Shown here: positions 37,345-52,431 of the stretch, piece by piece
Numbering within the stretch: the stretch's first letter is position 1
Layout of the letters: every line of letters begins with the position of its first letter
Assembly: GCA_964016885.1 (NCBI GenBank)
Contig: OZ024756.1
Location: forward strand, 11,966,001 to 12,030,000
Length of the DNA stretch: 64,000 nucleotides
Source of the DNA: Eledone cirrhosa
Lineage: Eukaryota
Direction: 5' to 3'
Notes under the pieces: model-generated
Told to the model about the DNA's origin: nothing
Seen by the model: only the letters and a program-made list of their open reading frames with translations
Database searches by the model: none
Made by a program: the position numbers and the translations under genes

Positions 37345-40300
37345 AATATATTCCATATATTTCTTATAAAAGACACTGCCTTACTATATTCCATATATTT
37401 CTTATAAAAGACACTGCCTTACTATATTCCATATATTTCTTATAAAAGACACTGCCTTACCATATTCCATATGTTTCTTATAAAAGACACTGCCTTACTA
37501 TATTCCATATATTTCTTATAAAAGACACTGCCTTACCATATTCCATATATTTCTTATAAAAGACACTGCCTTACCATATTCCATATATTTCTTATAAAAG
37601 ACACTGCCTTACCATATTCCATATGTTTCTTATAAAAGACACTGCCTTACCATATTCCATATATTTCTTATAAAAGACACTGCCTTACTATATTCCATAT
37701 GTTTCTTATAAAAGACACTGCTTTACCATATTCCATATATTTCTCATAAAAGACACTGCCTTACCATATTCCATATGTTTCTTATAAAAGACACTGCCTT
37801 ACCATATTCCATATATTTCTTATAAAAGACACTGCCTTACCATATTCCATATATTTCTTATAAAAGACACTGCCTTACCATATTCCATATATTTCTTATA
37901 AAAGACACTGCCTTACTATATTCCATATATTTCTTATAAAAGACACTGCCTTACCATATTCCATATATTTCTTATAAAAGACACTACCTTACTATATTCT
38001 ATATATTTCTTATAAAAGACACTGCCTTACCATATTCCATATGTTTCTTATAAAAGACACTGCCTTACCATATTCCATATATTTCTTATAAAAGACACTG
38101 CCTTACCATATTCCATATATTTCTTATAAAAGACACTGCCTTACTATATTCCATATATTTCTTATAAAAGATACTGCCTTACCATATTCTATATATTTCT
38201 TATAAAAGACACTGCCTTACCATATTCCATATATTTCTTATAAAAGACACTGCCTTACTATATTCCATATATTTCTTATAAAAGACACTGCCTTACCATA
38301 TTCCATATATTTCTTATAAAAGACACTGTCTTACCATATTCCATATGTTTCTTATAAAAGACACTACCTTACTATATTCTATATATTTCTTATAAAAGAC
38401 ACTGCCTTACCATATTCCATATGTTTCTTATAAAAGACACTGCCTTACTATATTCCATATATTTCTTATAAAAGACACTGTCTTACCATATTCCATATAT
38501 TTCTTATAAAAGACACTGCCTTACTATATTCCATATATTTCTTATAAAAGACACTGCCTTACCATATTCCATATATTTCTTATAAAAGACACTGCCTTAC
38601 TATATTCCATATATTTCTTATAAAAGACACTGCCTTACTATATTCCATATATTTCTTATAAAAGACACTGCCTTACTATATTCCATATATTTCTTATAAA
38701 AGACGCTGCCTTACTATATTCCATATATTTCTTATAAAAGACACTGCCTTACCATCTATATATATAAAACTGAGGATGTCTGTCTGTGTGTGTGTGAGTT
38801 CAAATCCCTAAAACTCGAGAACCACCCAACCAACTGTTTTCAAACTTTACACATGTAATACTTATGTTTCAGGGAGTGTTCTGAGCATAAAAAATTTCAA
38901 ATTTTCTATCCCCTGGGGACCGCATTAGGCGATTTAGCGATCTCACTCTATAATTCTTAGTCTTTCTCTTTTTAGATAGATACATACATATAATGTCGCG
39001 CCCTTATAATATCTGTCTGTATGTCTGGCTGTCTGCATTACGTCAATTCCCTGAGGATGTCTATGTGTGTCTGTGAGTTTGAATCCCTAAAACCCGAGAA
39101 GTGTCCAACCGATTTTTTTCAGACTTTACATGTGTGTTATGTTTCAGGGAGTGTTATACACATAAAAAAATTCAACTTTTTTATCTCCTAGAGCCCGCAT
39201 TAGGTGAAAAACTGCATTTTTTCAGGTTTCTAGGGGTTTTTTGAGGCGTTACGTCAGACCAATTTCCTTGAAATTGTAACTATGTATTAGTCAGTCTCTT
39301 CTTCATACCGTAAGCAAAGAAAATCCAACTTTTTTATGGCCTAGGGCCTGCATTAGGTGAAAAACTTCATTTTTTCAGCTTCTTAGGGCTTTTTGGAGGC
39401 GTTACGTCTAGCTGGTTTTCCTGAAATTTCAAGGCATATTATGCACATAAAAAAAATCCATTTTCTTGATCCCCTAGGGCCCGCATTAGGTGAAAACCTG
39501 CATTTTTCCTGTCTCATCGAGGAAAATCTTAAAGATTATCCAGCCATCAGAGTATTCGGTTTATTTTCTTTGCATATTGTCCAGGCATGCAGTTTTTCCA
39601 CGATTAGGTCTGTTGGCGGCCCACGTTCCAAAATAACTTATCCCGTGCAACGCCGGGTACCACTGCTAGTATTCCATATATTTCTTATAAAAGACACTGC
39701 CTTACCATATTCTATATATTTCTTATAAAAGACACTGCCTTACCATATTCCATATATTTCTTATAAAAGACACTGCCTTACCGTATTCCATATATTTCTT
39801 ATAAAAGACACTGCCTTACCGTATTCCATATATTTCTTATAAAAGGCACTGCCTTACCATATTCTATATATTTCTTATAAAAGACACTGCCTTACCATAT
39901 TCCATATATTTCTTATAAAAGACACTGCCTTACCGTATTCCATATATTTCTTATAAAAGACACTGCCTTACCGTATTCCATATATTTCTTATAACAGACA
40001 CTGCCTTACCGTATTCCATATATTTCTTATAAAAGGCACTGCCTTACCATATTCCATATATTTCTTATAAAAGACACTGCCTTACCATATTCCATATATT
40101 TCTTATAAAAGACACTGCTTTACCATATTCCATATATTTCTTATAAAAGACACTGCCTTACCATATTCCATATATTTCTTATAAAAGACACTGCCTTACC
40201 ATATTCCATATATTTCTTATAAAAGACACTGCCTTACCATATTCCATATATTTCTTATAAAAGACACTGCCTTACCATATTCCATATATTTCTTATAAAA

Positions 40301-41260
40301 GACACTGCCTTACCATATTCCATATATTTCTTATAAAAGACACTGCCTTACCATATTCCATATATTTCTTATAAAAGACACTGCCTTACCATATTCCATA
40401 TATTTCTTATAAAAGACACTGCCTTACCATATTCCATATATTTCTTATAGAAGGCACTGCCTTACCATATTCCATATATTTCTTATAAAAGACACTGCCT
40501 TACCATATTCCATATATTTCTTATAAAAGACACTGCCTTACCATATTCCATATATTTCTTATAAAAGACACTGTCTTACCATATTCCATATGTTTCTTAT
40601 AAAAGACACTGCCTTACCATATTCCATATATTTCTTATAGAAGGCACTGCCTTACCATATGCCATATATTTCTTATAAAAGACACTGCCTTACCATATTC
40701 CATATATTTCTTATAAAAGACACTGCCTTACTATATTCCATATGTTTCTTATAAAAGACACTGCCTTACCATATTCCATATATTTCTTATAGAAGGCACT
40801 GCCTTACCATATGCCATATATTTCTTATAGAAGACACTGCCTTACCATATTCCATATATTTCTTATAAAAGACACTGCCTTACCATATTCCATATATTTC
40901 TTATAAAAGACACTGCCTTACCATATTCCATATATTTCTTATAAAAGACACTGTCTTACCATATTCCATATGTTTCTTATAAAAGACACTGCCTTACCAT
41001 ATTCCATATATTTCTTATAGAAGGCACTGCCTTACCATATGTCATATATTTCTTATAAAAGACACTGCCTTACCATATTCCATATATTTCTTATAAAAGA
41101 CACTGCCTTACTATATTCCATATGTTTCTTATAAAAGACACTGCCTTACCATATTCCATATATTTCTTATAGAAGGCACTGCCTTACCATATGCCATATA
41201 TTTCTTATAGAAGACACTGCCTTACCATATTCCATATATTTCTTATAAAAGACACTGCCT
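37345..41260. repeat. 38-bp satellite (about 79 copies) interrupted by a Helitron
   Basis: Unit ACCATATTCCATATATTTCTTATAAAAGACACTGCCTT. Period 37371 to 37409. Confidence 0.95.
38755..39669 (+). mobile_element. Non-autonomous Helitron, 915 bp
   Basis: 5' TC, subterminal hairpin CCCGTGCAACGCCGGG and 3' CTAG. Inserted at A|T of a satellite unit (CCTTACCA|TATTCC) with no TSD. Confidence 0.92.
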
Positions 41261-41316
41261 CTCATTTACAAATCATTTTGAAAATAATCATATCCTCCCA
41301 GAGGAATTTAGTAATA

Positions 41317-42206
41317 TCTATATATCTAAAACAGAGAATGTCTGTCTGTCTCCCTAAACCTTGAGAACCACCCAACCGATTTTTTTCAAACTTTACACAT
41401 GTAATACTTATGGTCGTGTGAGTGTTTTAAGCAAAAAATATTTCAAATTTTCAATGCCCTAGGGACTGCATTAGGCACCGGTTAGCGATCTCTCTATATT
41501 TCTTAGTTTGTCTTTTAGCTATAACGTTGCGCCCTTATAATATCTGTCTGTATGCCTGGCTGTCTGCATTACGACATTACGACAAACATTGTTCTCATTG
41601 CTGACATATTATCTTCGCTATTTTCCATTCATTGTCAGGGAACGTCTTCACGAACCAAAGTATCGTCTTCCTGTTTTCCTTCGGGTGCAACATTTTTCAA
41701 AATATTTACATCTGCGTTCACAGATTGATTTTTTTAGTTCCAGAAGATCTATATATTCGTGTACAGATATTTTTGCATACACAAAAACAAAATATAAACA
41801 AACGTATTTATTTTGCAAAAGCACAGATGGCTTATCGTCATTGTTACTGCCGATATGCCACCCAAAAAGTCCCACTACTTTTGGCACAAGGCCAGCAATT
41901 ACATAGTCAACGGTTCGGAAATCACATGCATCACTGACGAGTTTACTCTTTACTCTACCAGTTAGTCTTAGTGTACTTCGTCCTGCTTTTAGGTCACGCC
42001 TCGAAGGAAGAGATACTCCATTGGCCGAAATCCTGCGAAAGCGGCAAGAAAAAGAACAAGGCGGGCAAACGAATCGTCAGTGGAATCTGCTGTTCGACGG
42101 TCGCAAGGCCGAGGTATTCCGTACTTCTCTGTACTGTTTCAGAAAGGAGAGATAAACATGCCAATCTATGTTTAGAATCCCGAGCAACGCCGGGCCATTC
42201 TGCTAG
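41317..42206 (+). mobile_element. Non-autonomous Helitron, 890 bp
   Basis: A|TCTATATATC ... CCCGAGCAACGCCGGG ... CTAG|T. The 5' part is homologous to 38755 and 19627. Confidence 0.9.
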
Positions 42207-42617
42207 TATTATATAAACTTGAATATAAGCCGAGGAATATGTGAACAAAACATCGATGGTAGAAAGGGGTTAGTTTATATTCGGGGTCAATATTTTGACA
42301 ATTTTCACCAACTTTAAATTCTATGTAAATAAGGTTTGAATTTTTGCCCATTTCTCAGACATAAAATAGTTGGGTTGGCTTATATTTGAGTATATACAGT
42401 TACTAACTTGTTATTAATCTGGTGTTGGTAGATTAACTTAAATCCTTTCATTACCATATTTGTAATGAAAGATACTGTCTATGATTTTTGAATAATTTTT
42501 AAAATAATCATAATTGTGGAGAGATTTAGTAATATAATGAACTCTCTTATTATTATTATGGATATTAAACAGCAATGATGATGATGGTAGAAGGTTCTTT
42601 AGATGTATATAAACATT

Positions 42618-42826
42618 TTAACCCTTTAATGTTCAAACCGGCCAGAATTCTCTACCTTTTTCTGTTGAGACTGGCTATAACTGGTCACTCAAACTGATGT
42701 TAAAGTATTGTTCTCAAAATAAATACTTTCAAAATCTCATAGATTCGATATTATGTGAGATAATTATGAGATAAAGCCTTTACCATGAAAATATAATAGT
42801 ATATATAGAGTAATGTGAAGGGTTAA
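42618..42826 (+). mobile_element. piggyBac-like MITE (unexpanded)
   Basis: TTAACCCTTT...AAGGGTTAA. Confidence 0.85.
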
Positions 42827-43239
42827 AACAGTTTTTCTTTTTCATCGTATAACCAGAGAAGGTTTCAGGTAGTTTTAATATCATTAAATGAATTTAAATA
42901 TTAAAAGAACTAAAAAGAAATGTAATTGATTTGACATTTTTTTTTTTTTTTTTATTTGATTTTAATTTGAGTTCAAATTACAATTACAGTGTTTTGTAAT
43001 ATGTTCCAATATTACGAAAACATCTGTTTCATTAGTACTTGAAATTTCAAACTGGAAATTTTTAGGGCTACATAAATCTTTGAAGTATGTGCCACGAGCC
43101 AGTGTTTGATATTCTCTGAGTCTGAGAAGCATTTGTAATGTAATGGGGTTATTTTAAACATTTTGTCAATGTTTTAAGTCTTTTATCCATCATTGACCAT
43201 GTATGCACATGTAGTATTTAACAAAAATGTAAATTCACT

Positions 43240-43400
43240 TCACAAAATTAGATTTAGAATTGCACAAAATTAGATTTAGAATTGCACAAAATTAGATTTA
43301 GAACTGTACAAAATTAGATTTAGAACTGTACAAAATTAGATTTAGAACTGCACAAAATTAAATTTAGAAATGCACAAAATTATATTTAGAACTGCACAAG
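43240..43400. repeat. 22-bp minisatellite, about 7 copies
   Basis: Unit CACAAAATTAGATTTAGAA(T/C)TG. Confidence 0.9.
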
Positions 43401-44069
43401 TAGGGGTCAACTGCACATTAAAATAGTTACTGTTTCAAATTGAAGGAAAAGCTGAGTAAAAAGGAAGAACATAATATATGTGAATGTAGTTTTGTAGTAA
43501 GAAGTTGTACTTTTTATCATTCTGTGTATGCTCCAGCTATTCAGCACATTTTGAATGATCTTTTGTACATTTTGTCAACACATAGCTGTCCCTTTTCTAA
43601 GAAAATTATGATTTGAGGAAGATTAGCTGCTATTAGTGTAAAAACTCTTTTTTTTACTATATTTCAAATACAAAAAAGAAGCACTGCTTATGATTTTCAA
43701 ATATTTTTGAAAATAATCAAGAATTTGGAGTGAAAATAATAAAGAATTTGGAATGCTAAGTTTCTCATTATTAAATTGGAGTTTGGAACAAAGGTTTTTA
43801 TATAGAATTAGATAAATCTACAGCTTTGTATCACAGTTTCATGTTGTTTCGTATCAGGATTAATTATACACATCATAAGGTTTTTGTAGCTGAATGCTGA
43901 ATTGTTGGCAATACAATCCTATTGTATAATGAACGTGTGATTTGAGGGATATTTAGCTACTATTAATGTAAAACTCAGTACATGGTACTTCTTTTTCTTC
44001 TTACATATGAGTTGGTCTCAGGTTTGTTGTTCTTGACCTGATCAGTTTGCAGGGTTCAACATGAGAAGG

Positions 44070-47000
44070 TCAACAAAGGCCCACATGATACTTGACTAGT
44101 CTCTATATCGACTTCTCATGGTACAACAGAGGCCTACATGATACTAGAACTGGTCTAGTCTCTATATCATTGACTTCTCATGGTACAACAAAGGCCTACA
44201 TGATACTAGAACTGGTCTAGTCTCTATATCGACTTCTCATGGTACAACAGAGGCCTACATGATACTAGAACTGGTCTAGTCTCTATATCATTGACTTTTC
44301 ATGGTACAACAGAGGCCTACATGAGATTAGAACTGGTCTAGTCTCTATATCATTGACTTCTCGTGGTACAACAAAGGCCTACATGATACTAGAACTGGTC
44401 TAGTCTCTATATCATTGACTTCTCATCGTACAACAAAGGCCTACATGATACTAGAACTGGTCTAGTCTCTATATCATTGACTTCTCGTGGTACAACAAAG
44501 GCCTACATGATACTAGAACTGGTCTAGTCTCTATATTGACTTCTCATGGTACAACAGAGGCCTACATGATACTAGAACTGGACTAGTTTCTATATCATTG
44601 ACTTTTCATGGTACAACAGAGGCCTACATGAGATTAGAACTGGTCTAGTCTCTATATCATTGACTTCTCGTGGTACAACAAAGGCCTACATGATACTAGA
44701 ACTGGTCTAGTCTCTATATCATTGACTTCTCATCGTACAACAAAGGCCTACATGATACTAGAACTGGTCTAGTCTCTATATCATTGACTTCTCGTGGTAC
44801 AACAAAGGCCTACATGATACTAGAACTGGTCTAGTCTCTATATCATTGACTTCTCATCGTACAACAAAGGCCTACATGATACTAGAACTGGTCTAGTCTC
44901 TATATTGACTTCTCATGGTACAACAGAGGCCTACATGATACTAGAACTGGACTAGTTTCTATATCATTGACTTTTCATGGTACAACAGAGGCCTACATGA
45001 GATTAGAACTGGTCTAGTCTCTATATCATTGACTTCTCGTGGTACAACAAAGGCCTACATGATACTAGAACTGGTCTAGTCTCTATATCATTGACTTCTC
45101 ATCGTACAACAAAGGCCTACATGATACTAGAACTGGTCTAGTCTCTATATCATTGACTTCTCGTGGTACAACAAAGGCCTACATGATACTAGAACTGGTC
45201 TAGTCTCTATATCATTGACTTCTCATCGTACAACAAAGGCCTACATGATACTAGAACTGGTCTAGTCTCTATATCATTGACTTCTCGTGGTACAACAAAG
45301 GCCTACATGATACTAGAACTGGTCTAGTCTCTATATCATTGACTTCTCATGGTACAACAGAGGCCTACATGATACTAGAACTGGTCTAGTCTCTATATCA
45401 TTGACTTCTCATGGTACAACAGAGGCCTACATGATACTAGAACTGGACTAGTTTCTATATCATTGACTTCCCATGGTACAACAGAGGCCTACATGATACT
45501 AGAACTGGTCTAGTCTCTATATCATTGACTTCTCATGGTACAACAAAGGCCTACATGATACTAGAACTGGTCTAGTCTCTATATCATTGACTTCTCATGG
45601 TACAACAGAGGCCTACATGATACTAGAACTGGACTAGTTTCTATATCATTGACTTCTCATGGTACAACAGAGGCCTACATGATACTAGAACTGGACTAGT
45701 TTCTATATCATTGACTTCTCATGGTACAACAGAGGCCTACATGATACTAGAACTGGACTAGTTTCTATATCATTGACTTCTCATGGTACAACAGAGGCCT
45801 ACATGATACTAGAACTGGTCTAGTCTCTATATCATTGACTTCTCATGGTACAACAAAGGCCTACATGATACTAGAACTGGTCTAGTCTCTATATCGACTT
45901 CTCATGGTACAACAGAGGCCTACATGATACTAGAACTGGTCTAGTCTCTATATCGACTTCTCATGGTACAACAAAGGCCTACATGATACTAGAACTGGTC
46001 TAGTCTCTATATCATTGACTTTTCATGGTACAACAGAGGCCTACATGATACTAGAACTGGTCTAGTCTCTATATCATTGAGTTCTCATGGTACAACAAAG
46101 GCCTACATGAGATTAGAACTGGTCTAGTCTCTATATCATTGACTTCTCGTGGTACAACAAAGGCCTACATGATACTAGAACTGGTCTAGTCTCTATATCA
46201 TTGACTTTTCATGGTACAACAGAGGCCTACATGAGATTAGAACTGGTCTAGTCTCTATATCATTGACTTCTCGTGGTACAACAAAGGCCTACATGATACT
46301 AGAACTGGTCTAGTCTCTATATCATTGACTTCTCATGGTACAACAGAGGCCTACATGAGACTAGAACTGGTCTAGTCTCTATATCATTGACTTCTCGTGG
46401 TACAACAAAGGCCTACATGATACTAGAACTGGTCTAGTCTCTATATCATTGACTTCTCATGGTACAACAGAGGCCTACATGATACTAGAACTGGTCTAGT
46501 CTCTATATCATTGACTTCTCGTGGTACAACAAAGGCCTACATGATACTAGAACTGGTCTAGTCTCTATATCATTGACTTCTCGTGGTACAACAAAGGCCT
46601 ACATGATACTAGAACTGGTCTAGTCTCTATATCATTGACTTCTCATGGTACAACAGAGGCCTACATGAGATTAGAACTGGTCTAGTCTCTATATCATTGA
46701 CTTCTCGTGGTACAACAAAGGCCTACATGATACTAGAACTGGTCTAGTCTCTATATCATTGACTTCTCGTGGTACAACAAAGGCCTACATGATACTAGAA
46801 CTGGTCTAGTCTCTATATCATTGACTTCTCGTGGTACAACAAAGGCCTACATGATACTAGAACTGGTCTAGTCTCTATATCATTGACTTCTCGTGGTACA
46901 ACAAAGGCCTACATGATACTAGAACTGGTCTAGTCTCTATATTGACTTCTCATGGTACAACAGAGGCCTACATGATACTAGAACTGGACTAGTTTCTATA

Positions 47001-49480
47001 TCATTGACTTTTCATGGTACAACAGAGGCCTACATGAGATTAGAACTGGTCTAGTCTCTATATCATTGACTTCTCGTGGTACAACAAAGGCCTACATGAT
47101 ACTAGAACTGGTCTAGTCTCTATATCATTGACTTCTCGTGGTACAACAAAGGCCTACATGATACTAGAACTGGTCTAGTCTCTATATCATTGACTTCTCA
47201 TGGTACAACAGAGGCCTACATGATACTAGAACTGGTCTAGTCTCTATATCATTGACTTCTCATCGTACAACAAAGGCCTACATGATACTAGAACTGGTCT
47301 AGTCTCTATATCATTGACTTCTCGTGGTACAACAAAGGCCTACATGATACTAGAACTGGTCTAGTCTCTATATCATTGACTTCTCATCGTACAACAAAGG
47401 CCTACATGATACTAGAACTGGTCTAGTCTCTATATCATTGACTTCTCGTGGTACAACAAAGGCCTACATGATACTAGAACTGGTCTAGTCTCTATATCAT
47501 TGACTTCTCATCGTACAACAAAGGCCTACATGATACTAGAACTGGTCTAGTCTCTATATCATTGACTTCTCATGGTACAACAAAGGCCTACATGATACTA
47601 GAACTGGTCTAGTCTCTATATCATTGACTTCTCATGGTACAACAGAGGCCTACATGATACTAGAACTGGTCTAGTCTCTATATCATTGACTTCTCATGGT
47701 ACAACAGAGGCCTACATGATACTAGAACTGGACTAGTTTCTATATCATTGACTTCCCATGGTACAACAGAGGCCTACATGATACTAGAACTGGTCTAGTC
47801 TCTATATCATTGACTTCTCATGGTACAACAGAGGCCTACATGATACTAGAACTGGACTAGTTTCTATATCATTGACTTCCCATGGTACAACAAAGGCCTA
47901 CATGATACTAGAACTGGACTAGTCTCTATATCGACTTCTCATGGTACAACAGAGGCCTACATGATACTAGAACTGGTCTAGTCTCTATATCATTGACTTC
48001 TCATGGTACAACAAAGGCCTACATGATACTAGAACTGGTCTAGTCTCTATATCATTGACTTCTCATGGTACAACAGAGGCCTACATGATACTAGAACTGG
48101 TCTAGTCTCTATATCATTGACTTCTCATGGTACAACAGAGGCCTACATGATACTAGAACTGGTCTAGTCTCTATATCATTGACTTCTCATGGTACAACAA
48201 AGGCCTACATGATACTAGAACTGGTCTAGTCTCTATATCATTGACTTCTCATGGTACAACAGAGGCCTACATGATACTAGAACTGGTCTAGTCTCTATAT
48301 CATTGACTTCTCATGGTACAACAGAGGCCTACATGATACTAGAACTGGGCTAGTCTCTATATCATTGAGTTCTCATGGTACAACAGAGGCCTACATGATA
48401 CTAGAACTGGTCTAGTCTCTATATCATTGACTTCCCATGGTACAACAGAGGCCTACATGATACTAGAACTGGTCTAGTCTCTATATTGACTTCTCATGGT
48501 ACAACAGAGGCCTACATGATACTAGAACTGGTCTAGTCTCTATATTGACTTCTCATGGTACAACAGAGGCCTACATGATACTAGAACTGGACTAGTCTCT
48601 ATATTGACTTCTCATGGTACAACAAAGGCCTACATGAGACTAGAACTGGGCTAGTCTCTATATTGACTTCTCATGGTACAACAGAGGCCTACATGATACT
48701 AGAACTGGGCTAGTCTCTATATCATTGACTTCTCATGGTACAACAAAGGCCTACATGATACTAGAACTGGGCTAGTCTCTATATTGACTTCTCATGGTAC
48801 AACAAAGGCCTACATGATACTAGAACTGGTCTAGTCTCTATATTGACTTCTCATGGTACAACAGAGGCCTACATGATACTAGAACTGGTCTAGTCTCTAT
48901 ATCATTGACTTCTCATGGTACAACAGAGGCCTACATGATACTAGAACTGGTCTAGTCTCTATATCATTGACTTCTCGTGGTACAACAAAGGCCTACATGA
49001 TACTAGAACTGGTCTAGTCTCTATATCATTGACTTCTCATGGTACAACAGAGGCCTACATGATACTAGAACTGGTCTAGTCTCTATATCATTGACTTCTC
49101 ATGGTACAACAGAGGCCTACATGATACTAGAACTGGTCTAGTCTCTATATCATTGACTTCTCATGGTACAACAAAGGCCTACATGATACTAGAACTGGTC
49201 TAGTCTCTATATCATTGACTTCTCATGGTACAACAAAGGCCTACATGATACTAGAACTGGTCTAGTCTCTATATCATTGACTTCTCATGGTACAACAGAG
49301 GCCTACATGATACTAGAACTGGTCTAGTCTCTATATCATTGACTTCTCATCGTACAACAAAGGCCTACATGATACTAGAACTGGACTAGTCTCTATATCA
49401 TTGACTTCTCATCGTACAACAGAGGCCTACATGATACTAGAACTGGACTAGTCTCTATATCATTGACTTCTCATCGTACA
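44070..49480. repeat. 62-bp satellite (59-bp variants), about 88 copies
   Basis: Unit GACTTCTCATGGTACAACAGAGGCCTACATGATACTAGAACTGGTCTAGTCTCTATATCATT. Period 45341 to 45403. Confidence 0.96.
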
Positions 49481-50486
49481 TGCTATTACAACTACAATTC
49501 TTTCCTTTATTGATGTATTAGTGATTTTTCAAATTTCTTTGGTTGCCACTCAATTTACCGAGTAGACATTTTATTGTTTTTATTGCAATCAATTTTGTCT
49601 GTTTGTTTTGTTTGTTGGTTTTTTTTTGGGGGGGGGTTTTGTCTTTTTATTTGAGAAGCTATTTTTAGATGACTTTTATCAATTGTTTCATGATTTAAAC
49701 AATCCCATTGATGATTGTTAGAGAAAAGTTTGTTGATCTCTCCAAATAGAGTTTAAGATTAATTTTACTAAATTAAGACAAATTCTAATCAAACTTCTAT
49801 TTATATTTCTTCATTACTTATTCAATTTCTCAAACAATATTTATTAATCATTTCTTTGCCTTTCCTTTATTTTCATGTGTTTTTTTTGTTTGTTTTTTAA
49901 ATCCATTTAAAACCATCTTTCCACCATCTCTGTTGGTATTTCCTCAATTATATGCTCTCACCCACACCACCTCTTCTACTTTGAAGTCCATTTTTGATAT
50001 TTTATTTATTATTATACTGTTAGCTTGACCAAATGTAATATGATATTGTATTGATATTGTATTGATCTTCTATTGATCAGAACTACAAATAGCTAAATTT
50101 GATTGAAAAAAAAAAAAAAAAAATTATTTATAATTTTCTTTTGTTTTTTTTTCTCTATTTTTCTTTCCCTGCCATTACTTCGGCAGACTTTGGAATGGCT
50201 AAATTTTCATCACTGTCAGTTTTGTGCCTTTTAAATTTAATTAAAACAAAGAGAGAGTGGATAAGAGAAATACTCATCTCTTTTCAAAGGAGAGGGGGGG
50301 GGGGGTATTAGTTTTTCTTAATTTAATTTCCTCGTTTTGGTTTACCCTTTCATTTTGGTTTCCACCCAAATTCTTCTAGAATTTCATCTCTACACACCCA
50401 CAAATCTTCTAAACTTTAGCAATTTTTCTTGTCCATCATCATCATCATTGCCATCATCATCACCTTCATCATTATTACCATCATCA

Positions 50487-50620
50487 CGGCCCTTGCCATT
50501 CTGAGTTCAAATTCCACCGAGGTTAACTTTGCCTTTCATCCTTACGGGGTCGACAAAATAAAGTACCAGTAATGCACTGGGGTAATTGCTGGCCTTGTGC
50601 CAAAAGTAGAAACAATTATT
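50487..50620 (+). mobile_element. 5'-truncated SINE S2
   Basis: B box, central block and tail. Confidence 0.85.
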
Positions 50621-51005
50621 ACCATCATCACCAACAACATCACTACCACCATCACCGCCATCATCAATACCATCGTCATCACCACCACCTTCACCATCAC
50701 CACCACCACCATCATCACCACCACCATCATCACTACCACCATCATCGTCATCACCACCACCACCATCACCACCACCTCCACCATTGCCACCACCACCACC
50801 ACCATTACCATCATCATCATCATCCCCACCATCACCAGCACCACCACCATCATCATCATCATCATCACCACCACCATTACCATCATCATCATCATCACCA
50901 CCATCACTACCACCATCATCACCACCACCATCATCACCACCACCACCATCATCATCATCATCACCACCACCGTCACCATCATCATCACCATCACCACCAT
51001 CATTG
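50620..51005. repeat. (CAC/CAT)n tract
   Basis: Directly visible. Confidence 0.95.
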
Positions 51006-51262
51006 CCGTAGTTATATTTTCAACAATTTTATGCGAGCGTTTTTTTTTTTGTTATTTTCTCTTTGCTTGAACTATTGCAGCGCCATCTACTTGCATTACT
51101 CTCAGCCAATGTCTTGTGGCCGTTTGTATGTTGTTAGCTCTGCTACGCTTTTATATATATATATGTGGGGGGGGGGGGGGGGGGGTAAATATATGGTTCA
51201 TGGTTATACATATGTAAACATTGACACATGTACATGTCTGTATGTGTGTATATATATATATA

Positions 51263-52005
51263 TAGCAAGACACTTTATTTCACATTGCTCCAGTTTACTC
51301 AGCTGTAGAAATGAGATGATAGGGACTGGGTTCCCTATCATTCCACTGCAAAGTGGACGTGTAGGCGCCATGGCAAAAAAGCACCCAGCACTCACTGTAA
51401 ATGAGGTTGGTGTTAGGAAGGGCATCCAGCTGTAGAAATCAAGCCAGAATCAGTTCCTGTCCCACCCTTGCAAGCAGGGAAAAGCGGACGTAAAATGAAA
51501 TGATGATGATGATGATGATTATCATCATCATCATCATCATCATCATCGTTTAACGTCCATCTTCCACGCTAGCATGGGTCTGGACAGGAGTTGTCCCACT
51601 TGAGGCAAGATTGGTTGTCTTGCTCAGGACTGTCTGGCGGGTTTTCTACGGCTGGATGCCCTTCCTAACACCAACCACGTTTACAGTGTGGACTGGGAGG
51701 TTTTACCGTGTTACCTACACACCCACATTACAGCGTGGACTGTGTTTTTTTTTTTGTCGTGACACACCTACACGACCTCATTTATTTAGGACTGGATGTT
51801 GTGGTACCAACATAGCTTTACATCGAAAGGGGCGGTGTAGATGGCGTGGGGGTAGGGGTAGTGGGACGGGGGTGTATTTTGGTTAAGAGGTGCCTACTGA
51901 CTGTAGGTTTCGCTTTGTACTTGGGCAAGGCGTGTCTTCTGTATTACTGCGTAGCGCCAAAGATCTCGGTCCAGTGACATTGTCTTGGAGAGGTGTAAGT
52001 GTGTG
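51263..52005. mobile_element. 5'-truncated S1 SINE (+, 51263-51520) tail-to-tail with an RTE 3' UTR copy (-, 51520-52005)
   Basis: (GAT)n meets (CAT)n. Each half matches its family. Confidence 0.82.
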
Positions 52006-52062
52006 ATATATATATATACAATATACTAATAAATGTAAACTATATTTATAAAACCATAATTA

Positions 52063-52125
52063 TTTTATTAGATATATTTCAAGGGCAACCAAGGCAAATT
52101 TTGGTGCGCTTTCATCAGATAAAAT
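52063..52125 (-). ncRNA. Hammerhead, family H-A (stem III mismatch), with a partial inverted copy at 52201-52241
   Basis: TTTTAT-CTGATGA-AAGCGCACCAA...TTGGTTGCCCTT-GAAA-TATATC-TA^-ATAAAA. Confidence 0.6.
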
Positions 52126-52431
52126 ACAAATTTGTTTTTTAAATATTGACATACCTTTATAAAGACAAGCTTAACAGTTGAGGTTCGCTGGGTAGTCTAT
52201 ATATAATAAAATAATTAGGGTTTTATAAATATAGTTTCCATATAAAATTCTCGAGTTCAAATCACAGACTGGCGTCACACAAAACTGTTCCCGAATGAGA
52301 GTGAATGAGAGAAGAAACAATTCCGTCTGGTACCGTGTGAAGGCTAGGTGGACAGGTCAATGTACTGCTACTAAAAATAGCAGCCGTTCAAAGGACCAAA
52401 AGTTTTCTCTACCGTAGGGGAGAATAATAAT

